NCBI GenBank assembly: GCA_964642015.1
Contig: CAZXLF010000004.1
Location: 20,738 to 84,737 of the forward strand
Length of the DNA: 64,000 bases
Direction: 5' to 3'
Source: an uncultured Planctomycetia bacterium
GTDB taxonomy: Bacteria; Omnitrophota; Gorgyraeia; 2-02-FULL-51-18
Part shown: piece by piece, positions 29,401 through 41,400 of the stretch
How positions within the stretch are numbered: the first letter of the stretch is position 1
Layout: each line of letters opens with the position of its first letter
Notes under the pieces: generated by a model
Told to the model about the DNA's origin: nothing
What the model saw: the letters and a program-made list of their open reading frames with translations, nothing else
Databases searched by the model: none
Made by a program: the position numbers and the translations under genes

Positions 29401-32400
29401 CACAAAATCTGTTATCGGGAAGACATTATTTCTCATAAGATTAAACAAAACATTCAAGCTGTCTTGAACTTCATCACTACTGACAGTGACCGCTTGAGTA
29501 CGAGGTACCTGACGCTCAAGCCAAAGCCGGTAATAGCTTTCAATCCTTTGATTAAGGGTCTCTGCGGGGAACTTTGTCAGATCGATCACGCTGGCTGCAA
29601 ATTCCATCAAAGCGATCATCCACATCAAGCCTTGATCGATCAGATAAACATCCTGCCAGATCAGATTTCCTATATCCGGCGGGATGGAAGGATTTTCCGA
29701 TAACCTGGCACCCGCAGGCATCTGCTCGGAAGATGGGCGTAAACGGTCCGTGTTCGCGTAAGGGAAGAAATCCGGTATCACGCCATTTTTAAGGTCTTCT
29801 TTGATGCCGTTCCAATAAGTATCTTTCAATAAATCCGCATGAACTTGTTTAAACGCTTCGACCAAATAAGGCGGAACGAATTTCATGGTTTCCGTCTCAA
29901 GAAAATCAGGCACAAACCAGTCGCTATCAGGAACATAGAACCAATCATCCAAATTCATCAGCTGGTCCGGATCATAAGAAGGCCACGGCGGTATGGACTT
30001 GAAGTTCATTTCAGGCAGGTCTTTCAGATGATCAAAATCATACAGCACAACTATCCCGGAAGGTGTGATGCCGAAATTCTTAAAATCAAATTCGCCTGTC
30101 CAAACACCGGCCGCCGCCAAATCCTTCAACGCATATCCAAAATCAATAAGGGCTTTTTTTCTGTCCTCATCTGTTCTGCCCGGAGCCTCCCAAAACACAT
30201 CGAACGGCGTGACCTGCCTTTGAACATAAACACGCTTCAATAAGACAACATCGCCGTTGACTATGACCATTCTAGGAGCCTTGCGGACCAAGTAGTCCAA
30301 TAGATCCGGCGGGAAGTTGGTTCGCGGGATCGAGAGATTTTGAAAAGACATCGCGTCAAGCATCCTTCCTACCCGATCCATATCATGGACTTTTTGATAC
30401 TGCTGCATAGTGAATGTGTGATCCTGGCGGAATGGATCTATCTTTTCTGATTCGTCTTTCATGATCTTGAAAACATAGGGAAAATGATCAATAGCCAGCA
30501 CTTCCATGACTCTGCCTCGAGTTCCGGGAGCAAATTTGAATTGCGTGCCGGGCACCTCTAAACGTTCATTCAAAGCCTTCCTGAATTCTGTTTTAGCCAG
30601 AGTCTCAAAACCTATGGATGAATAAATATCAGAAAGCGACCGCTTGGGAAGGATGGATTCCAAGAATTTGGCAAGCTCGCGGTGATGTTCCGCTTCCACA
30701 TGGAAATTGGAACGCACGTAGCTGAACAAACGGCCGACTTCCCCTTCTCCAACAAGCACCGTATCCGCTTCAACGCCGGTCTCTGTATTCAAGAAAGGAA
30801 TTGCCAATGCAATATAACCGTTTTGTGTCACGATCCTCCCGACAAGATACGCGCCTTTGTTTCTGTAGAAAATATTCGGAAAAAATTCTACCTTATATTC
30901 TCCGGGAATATTGTAACTCTGTAATTTCGATTCCAATTTGCGCGAAGCCAGCTGAACGTCTGAATTAAGATCGAAAAATAGGCCTTTGAATGGCAAGCCA
31001 TTGAAAATATCATGAAACAATTGATCAGTGGTTCCGCCAGCGGTTTTTTCATACGTGCGGTAAAAACCTGCCGGCTCGATAACATCGGGAAGTTCACCGT
31101 TACTCAAATATTCAATAGGTATATTTTCTTCAGAAAATACGCGCCTCATAACAGAATACAAGAAAATAAGTGCCAAATCGCTGTCGTAGCGACCTTTTAT
31201 CAGTGATGAATAAGATTTTTTAACGTCCTGCCACGAATCGTAATCCTTCACACGATCTGACAACAAGGTTCGCACCTCCCCTTCAACCCGATTCAAAGTT
31301 TCCCGATAAAACCGAAGTCTTTCATTGGCATCGCTTAACACTCCGTTCCATTCACGTTTTTCAAAACGTAATGCTGAACGGCCAGTGATCCACTTGAATC
31401 GCGAATAATAAGCTTCATAATCTTCGAGTAGTTTTTTAGCGACTTCATCGGAGTTTGCGGCGAGTCTGGCTCCATAAAACTTTTGTCGGAGATCCTTCCA
31501 ATACTGAGGATTAAGCAATGTAGTGCGGAATGTCTCACTGAAAACTGGTTTATACTTATCGGGGGCTAGCGCCAAGATGATATGTTCGGGAACAAAATCA
31601 TTCGGAGACGCTGATATCCAATCTTGATCCGGCACATAAAGGTCTGCGCCCTGACGCACAGGAATAGAAACAATTTCTTTGGGTAAAGATTCAACACCGT
31701 CCTCATGGTCATAATAGACCACTCGTCCGCTCGGAAGGATTCCGTAATTGAACAATTCAAGACCTCTTGGAAGATAACCGCTCTGCGCCAATTCCTCCAA
31801 TGCCCGGCCCAAATCAATAACAGCTTGCTGTTGTTTTTCTTCTGAAATTTGGGAATCATAAAGATAAAGATTTAATGGCGTCGCATACGGCTGAACGAAC
31901 ACATCCTTTAAGATCACCTTGTCACCGCTGACAAATACACTATTCGGCGCAAATTGTTCCAGTTCATTCAACAATTGCTCGGAAAAATGATCCCGTTCGA
32001 GCGGCAGTTGGGTAATGTGGAGCGTAGGCAAAAAACGAGGGTGATTGATCTTTTCGGCTTCCGTATATCTTGCGAGCACGCCATTGCGGCCGATAAAATA
32101 TTTTTTATCTGACAGATCTCTCGGCACTTTAAAAACATATGGCAATGAAGGCAACACGAAATCTATCATTGCCTTACCACGCACACCAGGAGCAGGCAAA
32201 AATCGTTCGGATAGATTAGACAATAAATGATCATACAAAGCCGGTATAAATATATTTTCTTTCAACTGACCAGGCTCTAACTTCACAAACCCCGGTTCGG
32301 CAAGCCTTGCGCCGCTCCGCCCCTGCTCTGCGATGATATGTTCAACGATATCATTTCTTGTCTCATGGATCTGATCGACCAGCAATTTGCCGTACGCGAT

Positions 32401-35400
32401 CGATAACCGTATCTCAAAACCTCCATCGATCAGCCCTGTAAAAATATTTGAAAGAATATTCAAATTTAAGCGAAGCTGATTCCCCCGCAATTCGGTCAAA
32501 GTTAACTGGTTCAGAACCTGAACAAGTCTATAAATATCCCTTGGGTTGACCGCTAAGTTAATAAGCCAGCTACGCGCTTTGTCCAATTCTAAACTGAGAT
32601 TTGTTAACACCTGAGCAGTTTCATTTGGAATAAAAGGATGCTGTAACAATATTCGTATCGTTCTAAAGTAATTTGAAGCCAAACTCAAACGCTGTCTTGG
32701 GCCGCTTAGAGGTTCTTCAGCCAGTCTTGCGCCTACAGATAAAGTACCTGCCAGCACCGGTAAACGATAAAAATCGTCGTCACTACGCAAGTTTAGACGC
32801 GACGATGCGATCTTTTCAGCGAGAATATTTCCAGTCTCAACGGTTGGTTCCGAGCTAGCCCGCACGATCTGTGTTTTTACCCTGCGCCCGCTGTCTGTTT
32901 TATTAAAAATGATCGTAATAATTACCTGCTCAGAATTACCCGGGATCCTTTCCCTGATAAGCTCCACTGTAATCGGAGAATTAGGTATCTTTTTGTCTAT
33001 CGCTAACCGAGCACCTTTAGAAGACGCTTCAAGTCTTACCTGTTTATATGCTCTCTCAAATACATCCGCCAGACCACTTCCAAGCGCAGAGCGGACTTTT
33101 TGAAATTCTTCCTCATATTTCCCTTCAGCGTGCGCAATACTCGAATGTTCAAAATCGATGAAGCTTACAACCGGCATTGTATTAGCATCGCGATGTACAA
33201 AGATATGATCTTTTTTGAGCTCAAAAATATCGCGTTTCGCTTTTCTGATCAGGTCCTGGTGTACTACACCATAATTGTGTAGTCTGCCCAATGCCAGACC
33301 AAGCGCTTCAACTTCATCAGCTGTGATCTGCACCGTACCTATACTAAAACCATCAACCTGATCTAGAATGATGGCTTCTTGATCACCGGGCAACCTAATC
33401 CGATCGACTCTTGGGCCTATGCTTTCAATACCCTGATGATAAGCGCGGTGAGAAGCTAGAAATTCGGTCTTTAATTTTTCTTCGAGACCCGTCCCGTAGG
33501 TTTTTATGTAAAAGACAATCTGGCCTTCGCGTCCTTCTATTCGGATCCTGTATTCCCAAACGGCATCATCGATGCGCCGTTCGGACAATTCCGTAATATT
33601 TTCCAGATCCGTCAAACCCAAAAATTCAAACACTCTTTGATTTCCGGCTCCGAACCGGAGTTTGAATAGATCCTTCGCTTCTTCCCCTTTAAGTAACGCC
33701 AAGCGCGCACCTGAGGTCATTTCGTCTAAAGATTGAAGCTGTGCCAAAGCGTTATACAGCAATCCATTTTCCTGAAGCAAAACCCTGGCATTAGGGTTTA
33801 CCAATCCGATGGTTGCGTCACTGGCAATATTCCCGATCAATTCGTTCAATTGCTGAATCCATTCACCGAGGCGCATGGATCTCTTCAATGTTGAACGGTA
33901 ATTTACGGCAAACTGTTTATAAGAGCGTCCTATATCACCGGCCAAAACATCGATCTGGTTCTCCGTCTTGACCAATTGAGGCTTCCCCTGGAGTCTAGTA
34001 AAAAGATATTTAGCTTCCTTCAGCCAATACGAGGCAACATCCAAGCGGACAGTATAAGCAAACTTGTTATTAGATTTTGATGCCACATCGGACCAAGCGG
34101 TAAAGACACCTGCGAAATCGGAAACAACATCAGCTTCAGAAGTTTTGGAGATGGATGAAACCCGCGTTCTCAGCAAATCCCATGAAGTTTTTAAATAGTC
34201 ATAGGCTTTTTGTTGGTCATTTTCATCGATAGCGTCTGCGGCTAAAATAATGTTTTGCCGGGCCGATCGCAGATCGCGGATGATCTCCTGATTATCGGTC
34301 TGTTTTATCAGTATCTGCGTAATCGCTGAATCGATCCTGGGCGAGATCCAAACAACGAGTCCGTACTTTACCTGATCAAATTCGTGTTCGCTTGAAAGCC
34401 GCGCGCCGACAGTGTCGTTAAATAGTTGGCCGGAAAAACCCGGAACAAAATCCGAAGGAATCCTGTAATTATGAATCGTCGGCGTCTGGAAAGGATTATG
34501 AGTTTCATTCATGATCGCAAGATTAGCCTGCCGGCGTAATATTGAGGCGACATCCGCCTCAAGTTTGGTGCGGACATCTAAATACTGCCTGGACCATTTA
34601 AAAGCGTGTAAAAATGTAAAATCTTCGACTCTTTTCCGATCGAACGAATCCACGAACGAGATGTGCGTGCCGCCTCTGAGATATTTCCAATAATTGGATA
34701 CATATCTTCTTGATTCCGCGGTCAAAGAAGCGAGCGCCTCTTTTTGATGTCTGGCCTCCGGAGATTCGCCGTTCGGGCCGGCTTCCTGTATTTTTTCTTG
34801 CAGTTCCGTAAGGCGGCCCATGATTTCATCCCGCGACAAAACATCAGGCCCTTTTCCGATCTGCGAAAGCCTCCACAGTACACGGTAGTAATTCACGACC
34901 ACGAGCGCCTTTAAATCCAAAGACGCCGCCAACCCATAAAGATCTAAAAAGATATCCAGATCGCTTGAGACACTACTGATATCACCAAAAAAAGCGATCA
35001 GTTTGTATTGCACAAGCATGTCTAGCTCTTTCCAATACAACGCGGAAGTCACCTGATCACGGTCCTTATGCGAACTGATACTTTCAAGGTCTCTAATGAA
35101 CTCTGCCAGGTCCTGTCGGTCATACGGTGTCGTGAACCGTGCGTCAGGAGCTCCGACAAGACGAACCAATTTTCTTTTGAAATCGTCAAAACGCTTTTGA
35201 TACCAGCTGACGATAAAAAGTCTTCCGGCCACTTCCGTATAAAGCAGATCTTCAGATGCCTGGATGATCTGCCTTTTAACATCGGAAGGTACAGAATCGC
35301 TAAATTGACGGGATTTTAGATATTGGTTCAATCTTGGTTTGATGAATTCATCAAGAGATTTGCGCACGGTTTCTTCTGTGTCCCAATTCCTAGCGTCCAT

Positions 35401-38400
35401 GGCAACAATAAGAACCGGCAATTCAAGCTTCAGAAATCCAATGAACGGTGAATCCGTCTGACTGATGCCCAAAATTAAATACAAACGAAGCCTTCCCAAT
35501 TGGGACGCCAAACGAGGTTCAGTGTCTTTAAAATACTCTTTTGCCTGCTGGATTTGCTGTTCGGTCGCAAAAAGTTGATTGTATGCAGGAATATTCCGAA
35601 GACGAGCCGGATCAACCTTTCTGACTCCCAGATAAACTTTGGCATCAGATTCTATCTTCCTGGCTTTCTGTGCTTTAAACGCATCAAAATGGTCCACGGC
35701 GTCCGCCCACTGACGGTAATAAGCCTCAAATTCTTGTAACCATGCCTCGACTTCCGTCAGCGCAGAACCATTATTTTGAAAGCGGATAAGCCGTCCTTTA
35801 AGCTCAGCGATATCGGGAACATTGCCGGCATCATATCCGGCTGTGATAAGAGCTATTCTGACGCGCTTTTCATTGGCTTCGATCTTTTCCATCTTCTGCA
35901 TCGTCTGCTCGAGGGACAAGCGCAACCATTCAGGGTATAGAGCACTTTCAGAAAAATGTTCAGTCGTTGATAGCCGCGCGCCTGACGCTGGAACATTTGC
36001 GCTCTTGCTGATCTTCAAACCTTTCTCTTCTAAAAATCTCCTTAATTCTTCCGGCTTTGATGTATTAAAGAAAAGAAAGAAATGATTTCGTCCCACTTCT
36101 TCCATGTTCTCAAGGCCGACGCGATCCATACTCACCGCACCGATCAGACCTTTTAACTGCATTTCAGGGATATTTCTTCTAAGGAATGACCGAAAAGCCC
36201 TGAATCTCATATGGGCATCGGTCACTTCAAAAGCAACATTCTCATTCTTGAAATAATGCAGCGCATCTTCCAGTTCATAATCAAGCTTCGCAAGATCCGA
36301 TTCTTTAAAACCGCCGGCGAATTGTCCCTGTCCGGATAGCTCGACATATTTTCTCGACGCATTCACAAGCCTTCTCCAATAATCGCCTTTGTTGATCCTT
36401 TCAAATATATTCTTTCCGTTTTCGGGATCATAAATCTTCCAAACAGCAACTTGCAGTTGCTCTGAAGCAACTAAACCTGAAACAGTTTTATAAGAGATGA
36501 CCTGTTTCCTATTCGGGTCATAACCTATCCGATAGATCAAACGCATCGCAGAATCGAATGAGCCGACTCCGTGAAGTTTTCTTCCGTTCTCTTCGACGGA
36601 ATTCTGATCGTCAACAATGATCGATTGCAACACCAATTGTTCGGCACCTACTCCGGTAAGGCCGGTGTAACGTTTTTTGTAGGGATCGATTCGTTGTAAA
36701 ACTTTTTTCAGCAGAACAATATCATCGGTGATCTGATGAGGACTCCCGCCCAATTTCCTGATCTGGCTCATCTGATCCTTAAATAAATCGGAATACAACG
36801 TCCGGTTCTTGCCTATGGTCAACTGGATTTTAAGCGGCTTCTGAGCAGAATTCTTAAGCTTGATCGTGACCATCCGACCCAACGCATTAGCTTCTTCATT
36901 TTTTTGGATCATATCCACGTGATAACCTAAATTTCCGAATGACTCTGTCAATTTTAGAATGAAAAGAGGCAGATTATGCTCATAAACAGACCAGAACCTC
37001 TCGATATCCTGATCATGATCAAAAAGCAACGCAAAATCAAAATCCGCGTTATCATCGATGAACGTGCTACGTCCCCTGGATCCTGTCTGAATAAAGCGAT
37101 GACTGCCTGCCACGATCGATCTTAATGACTGATCTAGCGCCCGAACAACGTGCCTATTCTTTTGGCGATAATCCGCTGCAAGTCGAGCTCCGGAAGCGAC
37201 CAAAGTAACTGCGCCTTCAAAATCCTTACCCAATCCTCTTAAAGGCACTTGAATGCCATTATCCAGAATGATCACACCATATTTTTCTGAACCGATTGCT
37301 CTGACTTCATATCTAAAGAAAACACCTTCTGTTTCGAATGTTTTGCTGTCATTTTTAAAAGATATCTCGATCTTTATCCGTTGACCTTTTTCCAACAAAC
37401 CGGAATTTTGGACAACAGCGGAAAGATTGAGCGTCGGATTCGTTTCTGCTAAACGTGCGCCGTTAGCTTGAGGGCCGGTTTCAACAATGTGCTTCATTTC
37501 TGCTAAAAACCATTCTAATTCGTCGAGCTGCTGGTAGTTTGACGCGATAACAACCGTGTTTTCTCTGGCGTCTAAAACCAGATCATGCGCTCTATACAAA
37601 TAAGCCTTGGCCTCTATGATCAGTTGGTCAGCTTTTTTGACATCTTGAACTTCAATAGCTTCTCTTAAAACGGGAATGATCGACTGGAATGCTTTTAACG
37701 GTTCAAGATAGTCTTGCGATGAAACACTAGCAGAAGCTGGTTCATCCAAATTTTTTTCTTCCTCTGGCTTTGGTAAATACCCTAAACTCCTGAGTTCCTT
37801 CTCGTATTTTGTTTTTTGCGAAGGAGTTAATTCTGCCAAAGACGTAGAACCGACCCACTCAAAATTTCCTTCAGCAGTTTCATAACCGCGGCGAAGGATC
37901 GCTTGGGGCATAAAAGAATTGTCGAGAACAACTATTTCAAGTCCTGGCCGTGGTATAGAATCATGTTCGACGTTCACAAACCGAATCAGCAATGGTTTTT
38001 CATGATAAGACAAAGGTGTGCCCACATGAACTCTTTGTCCGTTACGGTCATTCAGAACGTGCGTCGGCACGCTATCTTGTCTGCGGCTGCGACTCGAGAC
38101 CTCAAGAACAGACTGTTGTTTTGCCTTGGATACAGCAAAACTTCTAAAACGTCTGGTCGCTTCTTCCCAAGGGCGCTCAAGCTCATGGGTTTCGGGATTG
38201 TAATATTTGCTTGAGATGAATGCCCTATTCTCTTTTTCTTTGGATGTAAACTTGCCGCGATTGGCGTCGTCATCTTTGGTCCGATAAATATCAATGCGGG
38301 ACACTTCGGCCTGAGAGTTGACAATGATCACTTCCGAGGGTATCTCATCCAGTTTTGCGCGAAATTCATCTCCCAATCGCAGTGCGATACCTCGCGTCAA

Positions 38401-41400
38401 AAGCGCTTCACCTTTATCATCCAATTTGACTTTGTGAAAATATGGCTGCGCGGCTTTACCATCGACAAGATTTTTGTAAAACCAAATCATTGTGCCCGGA
38501 ACTAAAAAGTAGATCGGGTCATAACGCTTGGTTCTGGTGTTCCATTTCCATTTTCCTACCGCTTGTTTCACATCGGTCTCATCGGGACTTAAAAATCCGT
38601 AAGCATAGATCTCCTTTTTGATACCTTCTTCTCTTTGACGGATATAGATAAAAGCCGTGTCGGCGCCTTTGGTGACTTCTTCGGATCGCAATTCCATAGG
38701 GCGATGAAAATTAACTGTCCTGTCTCCGATCCGGAACGCATAAAAGTTCGCCGTTTGGTTTTGTTGCCGCTCGACCTTCACCGCTCCGTCAAGAACAGGT
38801 ACGTCCTGTATTTTGAGGGTAGCCAATTTCAAGTGAACATGGCTGTTGCCTATAATAAAGCCCTTATCTTTTGAATAATAAAATGCTTTATATGCCATTG
38901 ATTGAGTGCTTGAATCAAAAATATGAACCCATAAGAAGCCTTTCGCATCTTGGCTGAATCGAAGAATAACCGGTCCTTGACCGGGTAGGCCGGGCTTAGG
39001 AACAATGATTCTGCGTTTGTCAGCTTTATTAGTTTCAAGCCGGAACAAAATCACAGTGCCTCGGACGTTTAACGCTTTTGAATATCCCGGCTGATCGAGG
39101 CCAAAATTTTTAACCAAATACGCGGCCGCTTCCTGATCCTTGTCGACAAAAGCTTTTTTCATTTTTTCTGTCAAAACGCGCCATTGAGAATCAGATATGC
39201 CTTCAGCTTCTTCACTTAATCTTGCGCCCGAAGTAGATTCGCTCAACATGACGACCAATTCATTTTGCAGATCACTTAATCTTTTATAGTGGGAAGCGAT
39301 ATAAGCCAGATCCCTTTTCTCGTTCTGGGCGATCTGCGATGCCTCATCGAGAAGTCTTTCGGCCTCGATCGAAATACTTAAAGCTTGATCTAATTTTCCG
39401 CGGTTAACCAATTCTTCCGCTTTTTCTATTGCTAGATCAAATTCCGACAGGAATCTATCGTGAGAACTTATGCCCTCAACATTTAAAGTTTCCAGCGGAA
39501 CAGTCTGGTTTAATGATTGTTTGATCCTTTCGAGCCGTATCCTGAACTCGGCGGATTCAGAAACCGGCTTGGAAGCAGCGGGCAATTGATTTTGAAGGCG
39601 AAGTGCCGCGTCTTTTCTCAAGTGTCTAACTGTATCAATAGTGACCGCACCGAATCTGCCTAAAATTTTTCGATGTTCAAGCTCATAAGCGATCGTCGCA
39701 TCATCGGCCTGTTTGGACCCGCCAATACCGTAAGTCATGAACATCACTTCCGCTTCAAGGAATGATAGTTTGCCAAAGCGTTCGATCACTCTGTCTTTTC
39801 TCACACCGATCTCCTTGGATAACCAATCAATGCCGCTGGGATAGAGATGGATCTTCTGACGTGCTTGCGCAACCAGACGTTTGAGATTGCCCGGCGAGAC
39901 AGGTCCTTTAGACCTGGCGTCTTTATAACCCAGGTCCCAAAGTTGACGGGCGATCTGAACCAGTGAAAGCTTTTCATCACCAAGAACATAAAAAAGCTCT
40001 ACGGCTTTTCTTTCCCGCAAGGTCAAGATATTCATACGGGTTTCCGTCAACTGCTCTCTTTTTAATTTGATATCATGGGCCAATACGTACCAGCCATCCC
40101 TTAAGGGAGGCCTGTTCTTTGTCAAACGCAGAGGCAATCTCAAATAATCGGCGCCAACACCTCCTGCGAGAAGATAATTGCGGAGCGTTTGGAGTGAGAT
40201 CCTATGAAGATGGGACAAAGAATTATCGTTGAATTCTTTGTCGCGATATTCTCTTACTTTCTTTTTTACTTCCTGGCCGATAGAACTAGCCAATAATCTG
40301 AAAACGACCCGGTGAGTGCCGATCCCATAGTAATTCTTAAGCAAGATCTGTACTCTTTCGGGCAATTGAGACAGCACCTGATCCGTGATCTTTTCAGATT
40401 CTACGCCGATCTTCGTAGCCAAAACCTCGCGGCCTGTTTTAACATCTTTAAGCTGCTTGACGGTTAAATAGCGTCGAAGTTGAAGTTGGGCTGGCGAAGT
40501 ATAATAACGATTACCCTCACCTTTGATGGCTTCGAACATCTTTTTGTAATCCCTGATAACCGGTCTGCTTATTCCATAATAATAAGAAAGAACCTGCCAT
40601 TGCTCGACAGGTATGGCGTAGATCAATTCTGAAGTGAGCTTCTCAACTGAGATTTTGGCATCAGCGGCCAAACGATTTAGAGCAACGGCATTTTCCTGGA
40701 AAAACCTGTCATCATACTTAGAAAGCCGTGCACCTAAGATGGATTCCATGCCTGATCCATAAGTCCGTGCAAATCCGGCCTTTATTTGATCATCGTTCAG
40801 GCTCGGCACTCTCCCCAAGAAAGCTGCCTGTATCAGATCGTATTCGGACCTTAATACAGATCGATCAGCATCTGCTTTGGCATATTCGAAATCGATGAAC
40901 GAAACTTGATTACTCTGCTCGTCCCAAAATATATTTTCGTTCGTGAGCTCGATCCTTCCCTTCATCTTGTTCTCAAAGCAGAGATCTCTATGTGTGATGC
41001 CTAAAGCATGTAAACGTCCCAAAGCAAACGCAACGGCGCCCATCAAATCCCGGCTTTTTTGTTTCATATCAGAATCTGTCAGTCGGCGGCCTTTGCTTAA
41101 CGTCGTTAAAAGCATGCCTGAAGCCGGTAGAAAATAGATCGGAGGCGCTAAATGATACCGGCCTGCCGACCGCGTTGTCTCATATTCATTAAAACGCTTG
41201 GCAGAATATTCCGGCGAATACAACTTCGTGTAAAAAACGATCTCGCCTTTATCGCGCAACGTCAGCTGGTGACGATAAACTGTTCTGCCGCTGACTGTTT
41301 TCAATTGAGTGAAATCATAATTTACGATATCAACCGGATCTGAAACGCGCGCGACGTGCATCAACGCCTCAGGTTCATCGTTGCCAAAAAATGCTTTGAA

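Noticed and set aside
28876-29697. AHEYFQ as a zincin HExxH protease motif
   Set aside because: The second His is missing; insufficient support.
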